DNA of 62,509 nucleotides from Chiloscyllium plagiosum (lineage: Eukaryota), in the NCBI RefSeq assembly GCF_004010195.1, contig NC_057719.1, positions 88,685,245 to 88,747,753 of the forward strand, read 5' to 3'. Below the pieces are notes generated by a model. That model saw only the letters and a list, made by a program, of their open reading frames with translations. It had not been told where the DNA came from and did no database searches. The position numbers were made by a program, and so were the translations under genes. Positions 50,757 to 62,509 of this stretch are shown piece by piece (within the stretch, counting starts at the first letter, position 1; the number at the start of each line of letters is the position of its first letter).

Positions 50757-51749
50757 TGTTATGAAGGTGAAGGAGTGTACTGTATCTTTCAGAGAGAGTA
50801 AATGCTGTTCTGTACTGAGAGCTTACAAGCACCTGTCATATAACTACATAGCAGTCTCAGAGTTTACTGGAAAATTGAAAATATGTAATATCTGGCTATG
50901 AAATAGATACTGAAAATGTGTTGCTGGAAAAGCGCAGCAGGTCAGGCAGCATCCAAGGAGCAGGAGAATCGACGTTTCGGGCATGAGCCCTTCTTCAGGA
51001 ATGACTCATTCCTGAAGATGGGCTCATGCCCGAAACGTCGATTCTCCTGCTCCTTGGATGCTGCCTGACCTGCTGCGCTTTTCCAGCAACACATTTTCAG
51101 CTCTGACCTCCAGCATCTGCAGTCCTCACTTTCCCCTGTGAAATAGATACCTGAGTTAGTTGCTGTTTTGACAACAATTGAAATTTAACCAATCAATTTA
51201 AATTATGCCCAGGATACTAAAATTCAGTCGAGTTTGAATTTATTGTTTTACAACATTGAAGCAATGAGATGAACTGATGTTTTGGATATTAAAAAAAGGC
51301 AGGAATTTTGAAAATCAGTCAGAACACCTACCATCGAGAGAGAGAGAGACACCCAAGACATTGAAACATTCTCTCTCAAAGATACCTTTTTGTATGGAAC
51401 ATCTTCACAGTAAAAAGTAGGGAGATCTTCAGCTGGAAGACAGACACCGAAGACGACAGCCACTGTATGGCTTTGAAATTAAGTTGATGTAATTTTAATA
51501 AATGTTTTATTGGAACAATACATTGTTATAGAGTTGGAGGCAGGTAATAAGCAGTTAAGAGAACGGGAGGCTTAGAGTTGTGAATAGTTGTTGTTTAATG
51601 TTCACTCTTCGAGAATAAATTGATATTTTCTTTAAATAGTGGAATTTGGGAATTCTCTGTCACTCATATTTTAACAGATTGCGAGGTGAGGTGAGCTTTT
51701 CTTGGTGTTTAGTTTAATTAACAGAGGGGTTCATCGCTGTGTCGTAACA
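50757..51749. mobile_element. Solo LTR (Gypsy-like) with a nested fold-back PLE
   Basis: TGTTATGA...TCGTAACA termini; 4-bp TSD ATTA at 50753-50756 and 51750-51753. Confidence 0.75.
50911..51135. mobile_element. 225-bp fold-back PLE with back-to-back hammerheads (50967-51002 minus, 51008-51043 plus)
   Basis: 15-bp TSD CTRTGAAATAGATAC at 50896-50910 and 51136-51150; ~94-bp near-perfect arms. Confidence 0.9.
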
Positions 51750-53259
51750 ATTAGCATGTGAAATCAAAATAATTACATAATTGAAACAGTTAATTTGATT
51801 TGGACCTACTCTCTGATCTAATCCCACTTTCCATTCTGCTTCTTTGAATAACTCAAAGTTAAAAATCTTGTTCTGACAAACCTGAAGTTTCAATTCTCTA
51901 TCGCCAAATTCCTTGCTAATATCTTCTTCTTACTTCTCTATTACACACTTCATTTATTTTAGACTCTTTTGTAACCATCCTTGTGAAACTGCTTGCCAGG
52001 TCCCATTATATTTTTTCACCCATTTAAGCAGCTATATTCAGAATAACAAATGAGATATTTACAATTACCAACAGCTCTGGACCTTAAATACAACTCACAG
52101 TATAATGCAAATAATACACTAAATTCACGTTACTTATTATTAGAGCTGCTGTATGGAGCCAGCATTCCCCATATTTACTGACAACATCAGCAGAAAGTCC
52201 AATATTATTAATCTGTACTACTACCACACCGCAGGAATAGGGTTTCAGAGTTATTCTGAAACTGAATTTCACCTGGAAAAGAGTAAAGGATGGTTGACCT
52301 TTGGAGGTAGAGATCACATGCTTTCCAGACTGGAGAGCACAGTCACAATGAATGGAGGGATGATGCCTTGTAATGTTGAGCAGCATGGGAGGATCACCAG
52401 GTTCTTGCTCAGTAGGCATCGACAAAGAAAGAGCTGTCCAGTTTATTGTCAAAAGTATAAATGACAACAACACAGATGCAGTAAAGGAGAAGTTTAATCT
52501 CACTAGTGATCAAAGTCAGTGAACTTCAAATGTCATATCCTACTAAATGCACCAGTAGCCTCATTACTAAATCCACACACTACAAACACTCACCTACCAA
52601 TAACTTCTATCAATCAAGCCTCTTATACAACATACCTAGGCTTCTCCTTACTGTTGCATACTTCACAAGTCACAAATCTACATTCCATAGCTTGCACCCT
52701 GCCATCTATTTGATATTGCAGGTATTTCTCAAACAGAGTGCATGACAGTCACTGCCCACAATCTCCTGCTCTTTTGCAAACAGAGGTCGCAGAAACTAAT
52801 CGGAAGGGGAAATGCACATTTACCTGTTCTAATCTTCATGGAGGAGATGGTACTGACTGGCAGCTTCAAATTGTGCAGACTTATTTTCTCTGTTTCCTCA
52901 TATCCTTGTCCCAATTCCTTTCAGATAGCCAGGAAATACAATCTATCCTAATGGAAAAGCAAGAAGACAAGCTCACCAGCTCAAATGCCGACACTCTGCA
53001 TAACTTAGAGGGACAGGACGGAGGCAGGACCTGAACAAGATGAGAAGAGCACAGGAAACAAACAGGTTCCAGCTAGCTAGAGAATTTGGGCTAGAGTTGT
53101 CATTCTTAGCACATTTCTAACAGAAACTACAAATGAGGATGTTCATTGATCACTGCCTATAGTTCAGCTCATTGTTACAGTGACATTAGCATTACTAAAC
53201 ACATCAACATTCTGCAGACATCATTGAACAGAAACGTAACTGGAACAACTACATGAATG

Positions 53260-54158
53260 AAGTTGACATAACAGCTCAGAAAATGGGAAAGTTGTGGGGA
53301 ATATGTTGCTTTTTGACTCTCTAAAGCATGTTCATTTACTACATGACACAAGTCACGAGTGTGATGGAATACATTTTCCTGGAGGATTGCATCTCCAACA
53401 ATGCCCAAGAGAATCAATGTCATTCAGGATAGGGTAGGACTTGATCGAGAAAAATGCCACCACCTTTGTCATCCAACAGTGCACAGTAGCAGCAATGCAT
53501 TGCTGCAACCTTGCCAAGTTTCCTTCGACAACACCTTCCAAATTCACCACCCAAAGGAACAAGTGAAACTGATACAATGGAACACTAATGCCTGCAAGTT
53601 CACCTCTAAGGAACACTGCTTTCAATTCTGGACACCCTTCTATAGGAAGGATGTTGTTAACCTTGAAAGGGTGAAGAGAAAGATTTACAAGGATGTTGCT
53701 AGGACTGGAGGGATTGAGCTAAAGGGAGAAGCCGAATAGGCTGGGGCATTTTTCTCCTAAAGTGTTGAAGGCTGAGGAGTGACCTCACGGAGGTTTATAA
53801 AATCATGAGGGGCATGTATAGGGTGAATAGGCAAGGTCTTTTTCCTAGGGTGGTGGAGTCCAAACCTAGAAGACAAGCAGTTTAAGGTGAGAGGGGAAAG
53901 ATTTAAAAGGGATCTGAAGGGTAATGCTTTCATGCAGAGAGTGGTGCAGGTATGGAATGAGCTACCAGAGAAAGTGGTGGAGGCTGGTACAATTACAACA
54001 TTTAGAAGGCATCTAGATCAATATATGAATAGAAAGGGTTTAGAAGGATTTGAGCCAAAAGCTGGCCAATGGGTCTGGGTCAGATTGCGATGTCTGGTCA
54101 GCATGGATGAGTTGAACTGAAGGTTCTGTTTCCATGCCGTATGACTCTACGACTCTAA
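53260..54158 (+). mobile_element. L2/CR1-group remnant (~53260-53620) followed by a CR1 3' end (53622-54158)
   Basis: Similarity to 22165-23700; RGERFKRDLKGNAFMQRVVQVWNELP and tail. Confidence 0.75.
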
Positions 54159-54489
54159 GTCGCATTATACTTTTACATTGAAAATATACCACTCTTTTAT
54201 ACTCCTGCAATTATACAGTGTTTCTGAGCGGAATTGGTAAAAATGCATGACAATTGAGAATCAGTAGGAGACCTTGTATAACACTTAGCAAACATACCTG
54301 TCATTCAGGAAGAAATACTCTACCAGAAGGGTACACTATCTCTGGCTAACTAAAGATGGTAAGGTTAGTATTATGCTGAAAGAGAAGATGTACAATGCAA
54401 GATGTAGGCTAGAAGAATGGGAAAGTTTAAGAACCGAGCAAAAACTAATTAGGATAAACGAAGTATAAAACGAGCAAGAGAAAGAAAAA

Positions 54490-55400
54490 CAGACATTAAA
54501 ATCAAGGAGGATGGAAGATAAAAGCAGGGAAGTCTTGCAACAACTGTATTGGGCATTGTGAGACCATAAAAGACTACTATAGACTACTCTGGACTTCTTA
54601 TTCATGGTTAGATATGCTTGCATTGGAAGCTCTTCACCGAAGGTTCATCAGGTTGATTCCTGCGATGAAATGGTTATCTTATAAGGAATATTTAGATTAG
54701 ATTAGATTACTTACAGTGGGATTAAGGCCCTTCGGCCCAACAAGTCCACACCGACCCGCCAAAGCGCAACCCACCCATACCCCTATTACCTAACACTACG
54801 GGCAATTTAGCATGGCCAATTCACCTGACCTTTGGACTGTGGGAGGAAACCGGAGCACCCGGAGGAAACCCACGCAGACACGGGGAGAATGTGCAAACTC
54901 CATACAGTCAGTCGCCTGAATCGGGAATTGAACCCGGGTCTCTGGCGCTGTGAGGCAGCAGTGCTAACCACTGTGCCACCATGCCGCCCACCATTTGAGC
55001 AGGTTCAGCCCACACTTACTGGAGTTTAAAAGAATGAGAGGTAATCTTACTGAAACAAAATCCTGAGGTGACTTGACAGAGAAGACGCTGAGAGGACAGT
55101 ACTTCACATGAGGAAATCTCAAACCAGGCACACTGTGTTAAAATAAGGAGCGTCCCTTTTAAGGTGGAGGCAAGTAAGAATTTATCCTCTTAGAGCTTGA
55201 AATTTTCTTCCCTGGTAGTTGCTGCTTCATTGAATATATTCAAAACTGACTCAGACAGATTTTTGATTAACAAAGGGGTCAAGGGTTATGGGGAAAGGAG
55301 GAAGAGTAAGTAGAAAAGTGAAGTTATGACCACAAAAAGATCAGCCATGAGCTTATCAAATATCAGGGCAGGAACAAGGTCCTGAATACCATAAAAAGAA
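54490..55400 (+). mobile_element. Decayed CR1 3' part split by a SINE
   Basis: EVLQQLYWALxR and RRMRGNL-like remnants. Confidence 0.6.
54692..54990 (-). mobile_element. HE1/V-SINE-type SINE
   Basis: Head, V-domain and tail motifs. Confidence 0.9.
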
Positions 55401-56551
55401 CAGGACCAGTCTTGTATGGAACTTACCAGAAATAAAGTAGTAGCATTGGAAACGTGGTATAGAGCAATGAAGGTTGTACAAGACCTTTGAGACCTTTGGG
55501 AAAGTGTTCTGAGAGAACAATTCAAAAATAGCACCTTGGAGGAATTAACAAGTCCCACCTGGATGAACATGAACTTATAAAATAAAGAAGTAACAAATGC
55601 TTATGAATTGGACTCATAAACATATTAATGATAGGCCCTAATTTGGAAGGTTCCAGAGAAAATTGACATATAAGAAGTTTGATGATAAAGAGTAATTGAT
55701 AAAGATGGCAAGGATTTACATACAGACACTCCTCAGCTGAGTAAAAAAGAAAGGATAAGTTTGGTTCAAGAGAACAAACATGTTATTTTTGTCATAATAA
55801 AGGACTGAGAAGGTTGAGTGTTGTAAGTGGAAAAACAAGTCTGTTGCATTAGTAAAATCCAATAGTGTTTCCATATGAAATGCTCAAATAGCTAAAATCC
55901 ACAACAAACATTAATTGGCTGAAGTTACATAAAGGTGTAGTTGACTTTTGTAAGGCATATCATAAATCAAAGGGTTGGGAAGCCACAGCCTTTGTGGTCC
56001 AGCCCCAATAGCTGCACTTGATTCACCATTTAGCATGTAATCGTGATGATTGGGTTGGATTCTTGCCTCAGCCTAAGTCAGGTCCAAAGATATCTCCTGG
56101 CCATTTTGAATTTGACCAATTAATTTGTAGAAGCTGTGTTACTGAAATAAATTGCAGTAAAAGGTGCCATTACAGTCTAATTTTTCATTAGCTGAGGGCT
56201 GCCAAAAGACTTGGTGTTTCATGTCAGAAGGTCATGTGTAATGCAGAGGTGAAGCAGCCCAAGTCACAGCCACAGTCCCCAAGTGATTTGGAGAGATACC
56301 ATCAGACCCTAAAGACCATGACTTAGACCAATTTTCTTCAGTATTGCCAGGATTCGGATGGGGGAGGGAGTCGGCAACCTTTTGTCCTTCAAGCCTGTTC
56401 CAATTCAACAAGATACACTCATTCTGACTGTGGCCTCAACTCATAACCTTGCACTCCCTTGTTGGCCAAGAATCTAACTACCTCAGCTCTAAAGACAGTT
56501 GTGATGAGTCGATTTCATTCAGTCCCTTCAAAGTAGGATATAAAGAATTAT

Positions 56552-57416
56552 TGCTGTGGTTCTGTTCGCCGAGCTGGAGATTTGTGTTGCAAACGTTTCG
56601 TCCCCTGTCTAGGTGACATCCTCAGTGCTTGGGAGCCTCCTGTGAAGCGCTTCTGTGGTGTTTCCTCCGGCATTTATAGTGGCCTGTCCCTGCCGCTTCC
56701 GGTTGTCAGTTTCAGCTGTCCGCTGTAGTGGCCAGTATATTGGGTCCAGGTCGATGTGTTTGTTGATGGAGTTTGTGGATGAGTGCCATGCTTCTAGGAA
56801 TTCCCTGGCTGTTCTTTGTTTGGCTTGCCCTATAATGGTAGGGTTATCCCAGTCGAATTCATGTTGCTTGTCGTCTGCGTGTGTGGCTACTAAGGATAGC
56901 TGGTCGTGGCGTTTCGTGGCTAGTTGATGCTCATGGATGCGGATCGTTAGCTGTCTTCCTGTTTGTCCTATATAATGTTTTGTGCAGTCCTATATAGTGT
57001 TTAGTGTACCAAATCCCATGCAAGGACCCTGGACTCTGGGTCTAGTAGCCACACACGCAGACGACAAGCAACATGAATTCGACTGGGACAACACTACCAT
57101 TATAGGGCAAGCTAAACAAAGAACAGCCAGGGAATTCCTAGAAACATGGCACTCATCCACAAACTCCATCAACAAACACATCAACCTGGACCCAATAAAC
57201 CGGCCACTACAGCGGACAGCTGAAACTGACAACCGGAAGCGGCAGGGACAGGCCACTATAAATGCCGGAGGAAACACTACAGAAGCGCTTCACAGGAGGC
57301 TCCCAAGCACTGAGGATGTCACCTAGACAGGGGACGAAACGTTTGCAACAAAAATCTCCAGCTCGACGAACAGAACCACAACAACGAGCACCCGAGCTAC
57401 AAATCTTCACCCAAAC
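56552..57416. mobile_element. Fold-back Penelope-like element (further family) with ~340-bp inverted arms
   Basis: HEFDWDNTTIIGQAKQRTAREFLE GIY-YIG C-terminus on both strands; 13-bp TSD TATAAAGAATTAT at 56539-56551 and 57417-57429. Confidence 0.9.
57307..57346 (+). ncRNA. Minimal type-I hammerhead motif
   Basis: GCA-CTGAGGA-T-GTCACC/GGGGAC stem II-GAAA-CG-TT^TGC; inverted copy at 56589-56628. Confidence 0.65.
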
Positions 57417-57611
57417 TATAAAGAATTATATTACGGGCTTCCTTAAGTTAATTTTGGCACAGGTTGGAATTCCCCTCCTTAGATTGAGTGTCAACATTCT
57501 AAGAAATGTCCCAAAAGCATGTGCAATTGCTAAAGAACATCTCAACATTTTCCAGCAGATGATGAAAGTCGACAGAACAGCCCACACACTGTGTTGTGAA
57601 CCAGACAATGG

Positions 57612-58575
57612 TCGTGGGTAAAATCCTGGAATCCATTGTGAAGGATGAGATTTCTGAATACTTGGAAGTATATAGTAAAATAGGGCGAAGTTAGCATAGT
57701 TTCATCAAGGGGAAGTCATGCCTGACAAATCTGCTAGAATTCTTTGAGGAAGTAATGAGCAGGTTAGACCAATCTGGCAGAAAGAGAGAGTGGAGATAAA
57801 AGGGTCCTTCTCAGAATGGCAGCCAGTGGCAAGTGGTGTTCCACTAGGGTCAGTGTTGGGACCACAACTTTTCACTTGATACATTAACGAGCTTGAATAA
57901 AGAAACTGAGAGTATTCTGGTTAAGCTTACAGATGATAGGTAGAGGGACAAGTAGCATTGAGGAAGTGGGAAGGCTGTAGAATGATTTGGACAGGTTAGG
58001 AGTGTGGGCAAAGAAGCGGTAGATGGAGTACAAGGCAAAATGTAGAGTCATGCACTTTAATAGGAAGAACAGAGGCATGGACTATTTTCTGAATGGGGAG
58101 AAAATTCAGAAGTCTGAAGTGCAAAGATACTTGGGAGTTCTAGTCCAGGATCCTTACGTTAAACTTACAGATTGAGCCAGTAGTTAGGAAGGCAAATGCG
58201 ATGATGGCATTTATTTTGAGAGGACTTGAATATAAAAGCAGGCGCGTACTTCTGAGGCTCTATAAGCCTCTGGTCTGACCACATTTGAAGTATTGTGTGC
58301 AGTTTTGGGACCCTTATTTCAGGAAGGAAATACTGGTCCTGGAGCGTGTTCAGAGGAGGTTCACAAAAATGGTCCCAGGAATGAAAAGCTTAACATATGA
58401 GGAACATTTGAGGACTCTGGGTCTATACTCGATGGAGTTTAGAAGGATGAGAGGGGGAATCTAATTGAAACATACAGAACACTGAATGGACTGTACAGAG
58501 TAGATATTGGGAAGATGTTTCCATTGGTAGGAGAGACTTTACTCTTAAGAGTAAAGGGAAGACCTTTTAGAATGA
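57612..58575 (+). mobile_element. Decayed CR1 RT to C-terminus
   Basis: GKSCLTNLLEFFEEV, GSVLGP and YCVQFW motifs. Confidence 0.85.
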
Positions 58576-61500
58576 TGTTTGAGAAGATTTTATAGCTCAG
58601 GTTGAGGTTCATTCACTGAGCTGGAAGATTAATTTTCAGATGTTTCTTCATCATGCTAGGTAACATCATCAGTGAGCCTACAAATGAAGCACTGGTGTTA
58701 TGTCCTGCTTTCTATTTATGTGACTTCGTCTCTTAAGGTGGGTGATGTCATTTCAGGTTATTTTTCTCAGAAGTTGATAAATGGGACCCAAATTGATGTG
58801 TTTATTGATGGAATTCTGGTTTGAATAGAGTCATAGAGACATACAGCATGGAAACAGACCCTTCGGTCCAACCCGTCCATGCCGACCAAATATCCCAACC
58901 CAATCTAGTCCCACCTGTCAGCAACCGGTCCATATCCCTCCAAACCCTTCCTATTCATATACCCATCCAAATGCCTCTTAAATGTTGCAATTGTACCAGC
59001 CTCCACCACTTCCTCTGGCAGCTCATTCCATACTGGTACCACCCTCTGCGTGAAAAAGTTGCCCCTTAGGTCTCTTTTATATCTTTCCCCTCTCACCCTA
59101 AACCTATGACTTCTAGTTTTGGACTCCCCAACCCCAGGGAAAAGAATTTGCCTATTTACCCTATCCATGCCCCTCCTAATTTTGTGAACCTCGATAAGGT
59201 TACCCCTCAGCCTCCGACGCTCCAGGGAAAACAGCCCCAGCCCGTTCAGCCTCTCCCTATAGTTCAAATCCTCCAATTCTAGCAACATCCTTATAAATCT
59301 TTTCTGAACCCTTTCAAGTTTCACAACATCTTTCTGATAGGAAGGAGACCAGAATTGCACACAATATTCCAATAGTGGCCTAACCAATGTTCTGTACAGC
59401 TGCAACATGACCTCCCAACTTCTGTACTCAATACTCTGACTAAAAAAGGAAAACATACCAAACGCCTTCGTCACTATCCTATCTACCTGCGACTCCACTT
59501 TCAAGGAGCTATGAACCTGCACTCCCTAGGACCTTACCATTAAGTGTATAAGTCCTGCTAAGATTTGCTTTCCCAAAATGCAGCACCTCACATTTATCTG
59601 TATTAAACTCCATCTGCCACTTCTCAGCCCATTGGCCCATCTGGTCCAGATCCTGTTGTAATCTGAGGTAACCCTCTTCGCTGTCCACTACACCTTCAAT
59701 TTTGGTGTCATCTGCAAACTTACTAACTGTACCTCTTATGCTCGCATCCAAATCATTTATGTAAATGACAAAAAGTAGAGGACCCAGCACCGATCCTTGT
59801 GGCACTCCACTGGTCACAGGCCTCCAGTCTAAAAAACAACCCTCCCCCACCACCCTCTGTCTTCTACCGTTGAGCCAGTTCTGTATCCAAATGGCTAGTT
59901 CCCCCTGTAATCCATGAGATCTAACCTTGCTAATCAGTCTCCCATGGGGAACCTTGTCGAACGCCTTACTGAAGTCCATATAGATCACATCTACTGCTCT
60001 GCCCTCACCAATCTTCTTTGTTACTTCTTCAAAAAACTCAATCAAGTTTGTGAGACATGATTTCCCACACACACAGCCATGTTGACTATCCCTAATCAGT
60101 CTTTCCAAATATATGTACATCCTGTCCCTCAGGATTCCCTCCAACAACTTGCCCACCACTGACGTCAGGCTCACTGGTTTATAATTCCCTGGCTTGTCCT
60201 TACCACCCTTCTTAAATAGTGGCACCATATTTGCCAACTTCCAGTCTTCCGGCACCTCACCTGTGACTATTGATGATACAAATATCTCAGCAAGAGGCCC
60301 AGCAATCACTTTTCTAGCTTCCCACATAGTTCTAGGGTACACCTGATCAGGTTCTGGGGATTTATCCACCTTTACCCATTTCAAGACATCCAGCACTTCC
60401 TCCTCTGTAATCTGGACATTTTGCAAGATGGTACCATCTATTTCTCTATAGGCTATATCTTCCATATCCTTTTCCACAGTGAATACTGATGCAAAGTACT
60501 CATTAGTATCTCCCCCATTTTCTGCGACTCCACACAAAGGCTGCCTTGCTGATCTTTGAGGGGCCCTATTCTCTCCCTAGTTACCCTTTTGTCCTAAATA
60601 TATTTGTGAAAACCCTTTGGATTCTCCTTAATTCTATTTGCCAAAGCTATCTCATACCCCCTTTTTGCCCTCCTGATTTCTCTCTTAAGTATACTCCTAC
60701 TTCCTTTATACTGTTCTAAGGATTGACTCGATCTATCCTATCTATACCTGACATATGCTTCCTTCTTTTTCTTAACCAAACCTTCAATTTCTTTAGTCAT
60801 CCAGCATTCCCTATACCTATCAGCCTTTCCTTGCCAAGCCTCTAGGAATTCCCATGCGTGTCTCTGTTTAGCCTGTCTTAGGATGGATGTGTTGTCCCAG
60901 TTGAAGTGGTGTCCTTCTATACCAACAACCAGCAAAACGAATGTCCTATACAAAATACCCTCCAAGAACTGTAACAAAGACTACATCGGACAGGCAAGCA
61001 GAAATCTTGCCACCAGGATACATGAACACCAACTAATCACCAAAAGACATGACCCACTATCACTAGTGTCCTTACAAACAAGGACGCCACTTCGACTGGG
61101 ACAACACATCTGTCCTAGGACAGGCAAAACAGAGACACGCACGGGAATTCCTCAAGGCCTGGCATTCAAACCAGAACTCCATCAACAAACACATCAATGT
61201 GGACCCCATTTACCAACCTCTGAGATAAAGAACCGGAAATGAGATCACCCGCCTTAAGAGACCAAGGCATATAAATAGGAAGCGGGACATAACACCAGCG
61301 CTTCACCGGAGGCTAACTGATGATATTACCTCGCATGGTGATGAAATGTCTGTAAACAAATGTTCCAGCGCAGTGAGCAAACTTACAATCTGAACTACAA
61401 ACCTTCTTAAAAATCGCAAACATCCAATGGCGCAATGTGCTAAACACTAGTCCAAAGATGGGAAACCAACACCATGCGACTGAGCGCCACCCGCGAATAA

Positions 61501-62281
61501 CTGTACTTTCTACATGAATGCCTCAAGAAACAGGTACTATGAAAATGTCTCAAATACAAACCATCGCTTAACACCCCACACCCAAAAGAATAGTGGAACA
61601 GAACGGCCTCAGAATGTTGCGAGAAATGATTAACGATGTCCACAAATTACTCCACAAATACAGTCCGGATATTTTGCACCAAACAACTTTATACACCAAC
61701 ATGATAGGTCATGAATAGATGGACACACTTGAATGAGCCAACGGCATCAAACAACTGCAAAGAAAATGAAAATAATATCCCCACAGGAAAATCTAGACAA
61801 GCTTACACAAAAGAACAAAACATACAATTCAGAGGCTTGGATTAAACACTTATCAAACTGACTACTAACAGACATGGAAAAGCCGTCCTAGTAAGAGGGA
61901 TGAAGTACAACTCCAGACAATCGAACAAAAAGGATTTCTTAGAATCAATCCTGAAAGACAACAGACTCACAAACAAAACCTCGTAGACCGTCAGACAGAC
62001 GGTTGCACCAACACTAAGCAGGAAGGAGGAACGGAAGACCCTCAAAACATAGGAAAGGAAAGCCCTGGAAGGACTCAGAAAAGACAGAAACATTGTAACC
62101 CTACCTACAGACAAAGGTCATGCGCGTGACCATCAGCCTAAACAGAACACAGTACATTGAAAAGGCAAATTCACTGCCCACAGATACTGACACTTACCAA
62201 TAGACCTGACTCCACAGCTATATTGAAGATACTTCATAATTTAGGACAAATTAACAAGACAGATCTCCCAAAATTGAAACT
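58576..62281. mobile_element. Composite PLE: antisense arm (58576-58826, 60835-60915), sense 3' end (60916-61415), then tandem ORF N-terminal region (61416-62281)
   Basis: NVLYKIPSKNCNKDYIGQASRNLATRIHEH (GIY-YIG); downstream LYFLHECL, WIKHLSN-LLTDMEKAVL and NIVTLPTDKG (PADKG-like) motifs. Confidence 0.75.
58827..60834 (-). mobile_element. 2-kb relatively intact CR1 (RT domain to 3' tail) nested in the PLE arm
   Basis: ORFs 59509-60537 and 58905-59522 with VPQGSVLGP and KFADD; host sequence TGGTTTGAAT|GCCAAGCC is split. Confidence 0.95.
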
Positions 62282-62509
62282 AGCTGGAAATGTGTTGCTG
62301 GAAAAGCGCAGCAGGTCAGGCAGCATCCAGGGAACAGGAGAATCGACGTTTCGGGCATAAGCCCTTCTTCAGGAATGGGGAAAGTTTGTCCAGCAGGCTA
62401 GGATAAAAGGTAGGGAGGAGGGACTTGGGGGAGGGGCATCGGAAATGTGGTAGGTGGAAAGAGGTCAAGGTGAGGGTGAAAGGTCAGACTGGGGTGGGGG
62501 CGGAGAGGT
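62282..62509 (-). mobile_element. PLE inverted arm with hammerhead (62341-62376), runs off the window
   Basis: Same family as 18030-18247. Confidence 0.85.

Noticed and set aside
52084..52745. Overlapping 139/103/79-aa ORFs in unique sequence
   Set aside because: No recognisable motifs or splice support; consistent with chance ORFs.
52824..52917. Possible minus-strand exon ending ACAG|GTAAAT
   Set aside because: The only open frame ends in phase 1, incompatible with the phase-0 acceptor at 47265; the acceptor is weak and the implied upstream intron is only ~60 bp.
58905..60537. 342-aa and 205-aa ORFs as a host gene
   Set aside because: Frameshifted, 5'-truncated CR1 ORF2.

Overview
Intronic, repeat-dense vertebrate genomic DNA with a cartilaginous-fish (shark-like) repeat content: CR1 LINEs, HE1/V-SINE-type and Deu-domain SINEs, and several Penelope-like element (PLE) families. 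It has three N gaps. The only host gene I can support is a minus-strand CCDC9-family gene, most like CCDC9B. Three phase-compatible internal exons are visible (47081-47265, 33176-33228, 14508-14561), separated by ~14 and ~19 kb introns. Almost all other ORFs in the track are transposon fragments or noise. Notable structure: (i) many PLE termini carry minimal type-I hammerhead ribozyme motifs; (ii) TSD-flanked fold-back PLE insertions as short as 90-225 bp share one geometry across several families; (iii) a 2.85 kb TSD-flanked PLE composite encloses foreign DNA; (iv) a Tx1/L1-clade insertion has ORF1 joined directly to the 3'UTR/poly(A), like HAL1; (v) decayed Harbinger transposase fossils, two solo LTRs and two Tc1/mariner-pogo-type MITEs are present. 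Family names come from recognition of motifs, not database searches, and the boundaries of decayed repeats are approximate.
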